The notes under the pieces were generated by a model. That model was not told the DNA's origin. It worked only from the letters and a program-made list of their open reading frames with translations, and did not search any database. DNA of 24,435 bases, from NCBI GenBank assembly GCA_002269645.1, contig NIVC01005159.1:1-24435 (forward strand), written 5' to 3'. Position numbers and translations under genes: made by a program. The DNA comes from Macrostomum lignano. Lineage: Eukaryota. Below, piece by piece: positions 21,501-24,435 of the stretch; position 1 is the stretch's first letter, and each line of letters opens with the position of its first letter.

Positions 21501-22849
21501 TTTCTTGGAATCGGCGCCTCAGTTCTCATTCCATTGTGGCGCCATTCGATCTGTCTTTCTTGGAATCGGCGCCTCAGTTCTCATTCAATTGTGGCGCCAT
21601 TCAATCTGTCTTTCTTGGAATCGGCGCCTCAGTTCTCATTCAATTGTGGCGCCATTCGATCTGTCTTTCTTGGAATCGGCGCCTCAGTTCTCATTCCATT
21701 GTGGCGCCATTCGATCTGTCTTTCTTGGAATAGGCGCTTCAATTTGTCATCTTGGCGCCATCGGATCACAGTTCCCAATATATTATTTTCAATAATCTTA
21801 GGAAAATCAATAGGTGGTAAATTAACAAGTTTACTCTTTATTGACTTTCAGCCTGCGGCGAGAAGAAATATTGCAGTACGTGCATGAATGCCAGCCTGAC
21901 GCCAACATTCAAATGTAGCTGGTGCTTTCAACGGGGTAGTTGCATCACAGAGACACAGCGACAACTGCGGTCGTGGCTTGATTACTCTTGCCACTATCCG
22001 GTGAGGCAATAATAAAGTTTTTATAGGCTATAACACGAATTGAATTAGAAGTTAAAACCCGCAATTTTAATAAGATCTACTAAAAGTAGCGTACAAAGTG
22101 TGTGCGTGTGTAGAAATTCGGTTTTAATGGCGGGTAAGATGAAGTTTGACGTTTTTTTCTCCAGCCAAGGTCTCTAAAATGTGTGTCAGTGTCTCTAGAT
22201 TCTAGAATGTGTGTCAGTGTCTCTAGAATGTGTGTCAGTGTCTCTAGAATGTGTGTCAGTGTCTCTAGAGTGTGTGTCAGTGTCTCTAGAATGCGTCCGT
22301 GTCTTTAAAGAGTGTGTGTCAGTGTTTCTAGAATGTTTTTCAGTGTCTATAAAATATGTGTCAGTGTCTCTAAAGTGTGTGACAGTCTTTGTAAAGTGTG
22401 TCAGTGTCTCTAGTATGTGTGTCAGTGTCTCTAGAATGTGTGTCAGTGTCTCTAGAATGTGTCTCAGTGTCTCTGAAGTGTGTCAGTTAGTCATAATAAC
22501 TAGAAGGTCGCCAGTCCCTAGTATTGCACAGTGTGTTTCTTAAGTCAAGCGAAGTTGCTTATAAGTTGTTTGCCAGCAAGATAAAGACACTGCAGCTGCA
22601 GTCACACATGTACATCACGCTCGCACCGCAGTCGGATAAAAAGTGCCACTGGATGGGCCCTCCTCGATAGCGGACGCCGTCACTCGCGGAGTCCTGGGCT
22701 TCTTTCTGGCCCTGTTCATCGCTGTGCTAGTGGGCCTGATCATATTTGTGCTTGTCTATGGCTATAGGCGGCCAGACAGCGGCATCGGACAGTGCTTGGC
22801 GCGGACTCGACTTCAGTTGCGAGAAAAATTTATGGGCACTCCAGACTGA
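15530..22849 (+). CDS. PLXDC: Plexin domain-containing protein (PLXDC1/PLXDC2, TEM7 family) homolog, 10 exons, type I membrane protein; three single-base lesions in this sequence
   Basis: Exons 15530-15596, 15774-15859, 16050-16187, 16360-16429, 17298-17515, 18183-18246, 18341-18428, 20067-20162, 21852-22000 and ~22577/22632-22849. Motifs match vertebrate PLXDC as I recall it: RVQLKFSFYFYGHRV..ISISTNGF, QYIAPFMANF, SFQGVIFQNG.MLFQYYDIP, AKAGVADVF, PSI domain CGEKKYCSTC..FKCSWC..SC..WLDYSC, then a TM segment and YGYRRPDS. Confidence 0.9.
15774..15859 (+). CDS. PLXDC: PLXDC exon 2 (EASSHYSASANLVRLVKRETSVVPVTTH)
   Basis: TTTCCAG acceptor, GTAAGT donor; phase 1 to 0 links exons 1 and 3. Confidence 0.78.
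16050..16187 (+). CDS. PLXDC: PLXDC exon 3 (DNEQYYQITV...SWNVST)
   Basis: TTCCAG acceptor, GTAAGT donor, phase 0-0. Resembles the DTDHNYY segment of PLXDC. Confidence 0.82.
16360..16429 (+). CDS. PLXDC: PLXDC exon 4 (RVQLKFSFYFYGHRVSRISISTN)
   Basis: TTGCAG acceptor, GTATGT donor. Matches [23 protein letters not shown]. Confidence 0.9.
17051..17183. repeat. 32-33-bp tandem repeat (GAGACAGAAGTGTGTCAGCATAGAGACACTCGG), about 3.5 copies
   Basis: GAGACAGAAG at 17073, 17106, 17138 and 17171, plus a degenerate copy at 17051. Confidence 0.9.
17298..17515 (+). CDS. PLXDC: PLXDC exon 5 (GFMTI..EDGHEPGPYPQYIAPFMANF...WVRWANLPLMLGNGT), one base short
   Basis: TTTTATAG acceptor, GTAAGA donor. 218 nt where phase 1-1 needs a multiple of 3; frameshift near 17306-17316. 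Confidence 0.88.
17795..17990 (+). mobile_element. tRNA-derived SINE (Pol III A and B boxes) in PLXDC intron 5; 3' end uncertain
   Basis: A-box TAGCCCAGTGG (17808-17818) and B-box GGCTCGATTCC (17848-17858) at tRNA-like spacing, followed by non-tRNA body. No clean cloverleaf. Confidence 0.6.
18183..18246 (+). CDS. PLXDC: PLXDC exon 6 (ELRLSFQGVIFQNG.MLFQYYD), one base short
   Basis: TTTTTCAG acceptor, GTGAGT donor. Aligns to FTFQATLLMDGRIIFGYKE only with +1 nt near 18217-18226. Confidence 0.8.
18341..18428 (+). CDS. PLXDC: PLXDC exon 7 (IPSKLSKAVPTAKAGVADVFNYEEDVKAL)
   Basis: TTTTTTCAG acceptor, GTAAAA donor. Matches IP...VKVGLSDAF. Confidence 0.82.
18480..19960. repeat. 27-bp minisatellite (GGACGGGATGTTGATCCTTAAATACCT), about 55 copies, PLXDC intron 7
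   Basis: Read directly; indel-rich in ~18640-19250. Gives the MLILKYLDG ORFs. Confidence 0.98.
20067..20162 (+). CDS. PLXDC: PLXDC exon 8 (EKVLDIFVHRAENISLEEIVNVSIAQVVALP)
   Basis: TTTTCAG acceptor, GTGAGT donor, phase 1-1. Matches TIYEYHRVEL...ITNISAVEMTPLP. Confidence 0.85.
20237..21750. repeat. 55-bp minisatellite (GTGGCGCCATTCAATCTGTCTTTCTTGGAATCGGCGCCTCAGTTCTCATTCCATT), about 27 copies, PLXDC intron 8
   Basis: TTTCTTGGAA at 20401 and 20456 (period 55). Gives all ORFs in 20206-21887. Confidence 0.98.
21852..22000 (+). CDS. PLXDC: PLXDC exon 9, PSI (plexin repeat) domain
   Basis: CTTTCAG acceptor, GTGAGG donor. Encodes TCGEKKYCSTCMNASLTPTFKCSWCFQRGSC...WLDYSCHYP. Confidence 0.9.
22175..22485. 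repeat. 21-bp minisatellite (AGAATGTGTGTCAGTGTCTCT), about 14 copies with a decayed centre, PLXDC intron 9
   Basis: Read directly. Gives ORF 22211-22543. Confidence 0.93.
22577..22849 (+). CDS. PLXDC: PLXDC terminal exon: stalk, transmembrane helix (~22688-22756) and short cytoplasmic tail; acceptor uncertain
   Basis: GVLGFFLALFIAVLVGLIIFVLVYGYRRPDSGIGQCL...TPD*. In-frame TAA at 22637-22639, or a one-A deficit in the 22638-22642 run, precedes it. Confidence 0.8.
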
Positions 22850-23052
22850 CGTCGGCTTTCTATAGCACCTCGACGGGGTCGACGGTTAGATTGGAGTGAT
22901 CTGAAGGGTCTGATAATACTGAAGAGTCTACTGGAGTTGGCAACATATGAAGAAAACTCGTATAGTAAGTAACCTTGACCAAGATTAATGAATCAACGTC
23001 GAGCAGACACTTCCGATATGATCCTGCGCTTTCCTGCCTAGAATTGAATTGT

Positions 23053-23058
23053 AATAAA
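23053..23058 (+). terminator. Candidate AATAAA polyadenylation signal of the PLXDC gene
   Basis: First AATAAA about 200 nt after the stop at 22849. Motif match only. Confidence 0.4.
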
Positions 23059-24290
23059 ATTGCTATATATTCAGCAAAAATTCACAGTTTTTTACAACGA
23101 AATTCTTCAGGGTAGTTTACAATATAAAAAGTACAATCCATTCGCCATAGACGTTTATAAATCGACGTTGGGTACATCGGCGGTGGACGTAACGATCCGC
23201 ACTAGAAAAATATTATTTATCGATACGTTTACGTTGCTCACAGCCATTTCTATACAAAATAATTACGTAGTTTCAGGCGTTTTTTTAAAAAATCGCCATT
23301 ATTAACAATGGGTATTATAGCATGTTTACAAGTATAGGTAGCGATCGAATCAAACATGCTATTATCATAAAACCACAATTTGCCTTTCTTCTTCAAAATA
23401 AAGAATTTATTATTTATTGTAAAAACTCTGAAGAAACCGAGATTTGTGTTTTATAAAATATTTTTATTTATTCTTGCCTGTGTCAAACTTTTCAACACTA
23501 AATAACTTCAAGACTCACTGCTGAATGCCAATGATAGGCATCTACGTTGTGAAACATCCATATGCATGTCAGAGATGCTCTGCCGATTATGCTAAGTATA
23601 CATCTGAGTTTTTGTTTTCGATAGAGATTCTTTCCAATATTTTATTTGCCTGTGATATTTGATTATGCAACGTGAATTTTATACCAAAGTTTTATGATAT
23701 TTGTGTACAAGTATAGGCTGCTATTGCACTTCAAGAGCACAGTGGTCTCAATTATTGAAACACATGTATAAACACATATGTACTGCTTCATGTGCACATT
23801 TTTATAATAAAATCTCTCTTGACTGTATATTGTCACACGATAGAAGTGGTCTTTGCGTTCTTTGGATTTCCCAGGGAAATCCCTTATTTTTAGATTTTTC
23901 AGAATATATTTCGTATAGGCCTACTAGATGGCCAAGCAAAGTTGTGAATTGTGGTAGGGTCAATTAAATATCTTAATTAGCCTACTTATAGTAAATAATC
24001 ACGCGCATTTTTATCCCAACCAATCAGCGAGTTTCTTCCCTGTTTTTGTTTAAATATGGTAATTTTTGTTTAAAACTCCATCCTTTGTTAAAATTTCCCC
24101 TTTAATAATTTGTTTCAATATGCTCACCCCCTCCTCTGTCAACGACTATATAAGGAAGAGATTTGGGCCGCAAAATATACAACTCGTTTTTCTCTGTTCG
24201 CTTGTTCGACAGCCTAATAACTCTTAGTATTTGAAGTTTAACCTTAAAACTTCCGCTAAGACTTGTTTTCGCTATTTATTTATTAAATAG

Positions 24291-24405
24291 GAGAAATTTG
24301 AGGTCGTGGAGACCCAAGACTAGGAATCTGATTAGAGAAATTAGAGGTCGTGAAGACCCAGGATAGAGCTGCCAAAAGGGGAATCTCGAGGTCGTACAGA
24401 CCCTA
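24291..24405. repeat. Three diverged 44-bp units with conserved GAGGTCGTNNAGACCC core
   Basis: GAGGTCGT at 24300, 24344 and 24388. Confidence 0.7.
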
Positions 24406-24435
24406 AAGAAAGCCGTACAGGCTAACAATAGACAT

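Noticed and set aside
18480-21887. MLILKYLDG and WRHSICLSWNRR repeat ORFs as genes
   Set aside because: They are translations of the 27-bp and 55-bp arrays lying between phase-matched PLXDC exons.
22165-22175. Extra PLXDC exon after the strong TTTTTTTCTCCAG acceptor at 22164
   Set aside because: Runs straight into the 21-bp array and a stop, with no credible donor; possibly a cryptic or relic acceptor.
15488-24175. 14-bp inverted repeat TTTTGCGGCCCAAA (15488-15501 and 24162-24175) bracketing the PLXDC gene as a gene-capturing transposon
   Set aside because: No extension beyond 14 bp and no TSD. About one such match is expected by chance in 24 kb.

Overview
Eukaryotic (invertebrate metazoan) genomic DNA. 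The small introns, minisatellite-inflated large introns and GC-rich, CpG-retaining LINE are reminiscent of the flatworm Macrostomum, but that is inference only. Nearly all long ORFs in the supplied track are artefacts of tandem repeats. Manual splice-site and phase reconstruction gives two divergently transcribed spliced genes. (1) On the minus strand (ATG 8751, five phase-consistent exons to 3637) is a signal-peptide plus 8-Cys WSC-domain protein, possibly a short or truncated polycystin-1-like product. (2) On the plus strand (ATG 15530, ten exons, stop 22849) is a plexin-domain-containing (PLXDC/TEM7 family) type I membrane protein carrying three single-base lesions, which are either consensus errors or signs of a young pseudogene. 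Between the genes lie a decayed, 3'-deleted RTE-like LINE (APE+RT) and two small TIR elements (MULE-like and Merlin-like MITE candidates). A tRNA-derived SINE sits in a PLXDC intron. Most large introns consist of a different mini/microsatellite array plus short flanks, and two arrays in different genes share a hairpin core in host-sense orientation. I found no CRISPR array, rRNA, intact tRNA or prokaryotic system. I cannot claim a wholly new biological system; the intronic repeat architecture and the two genes are the best leads.
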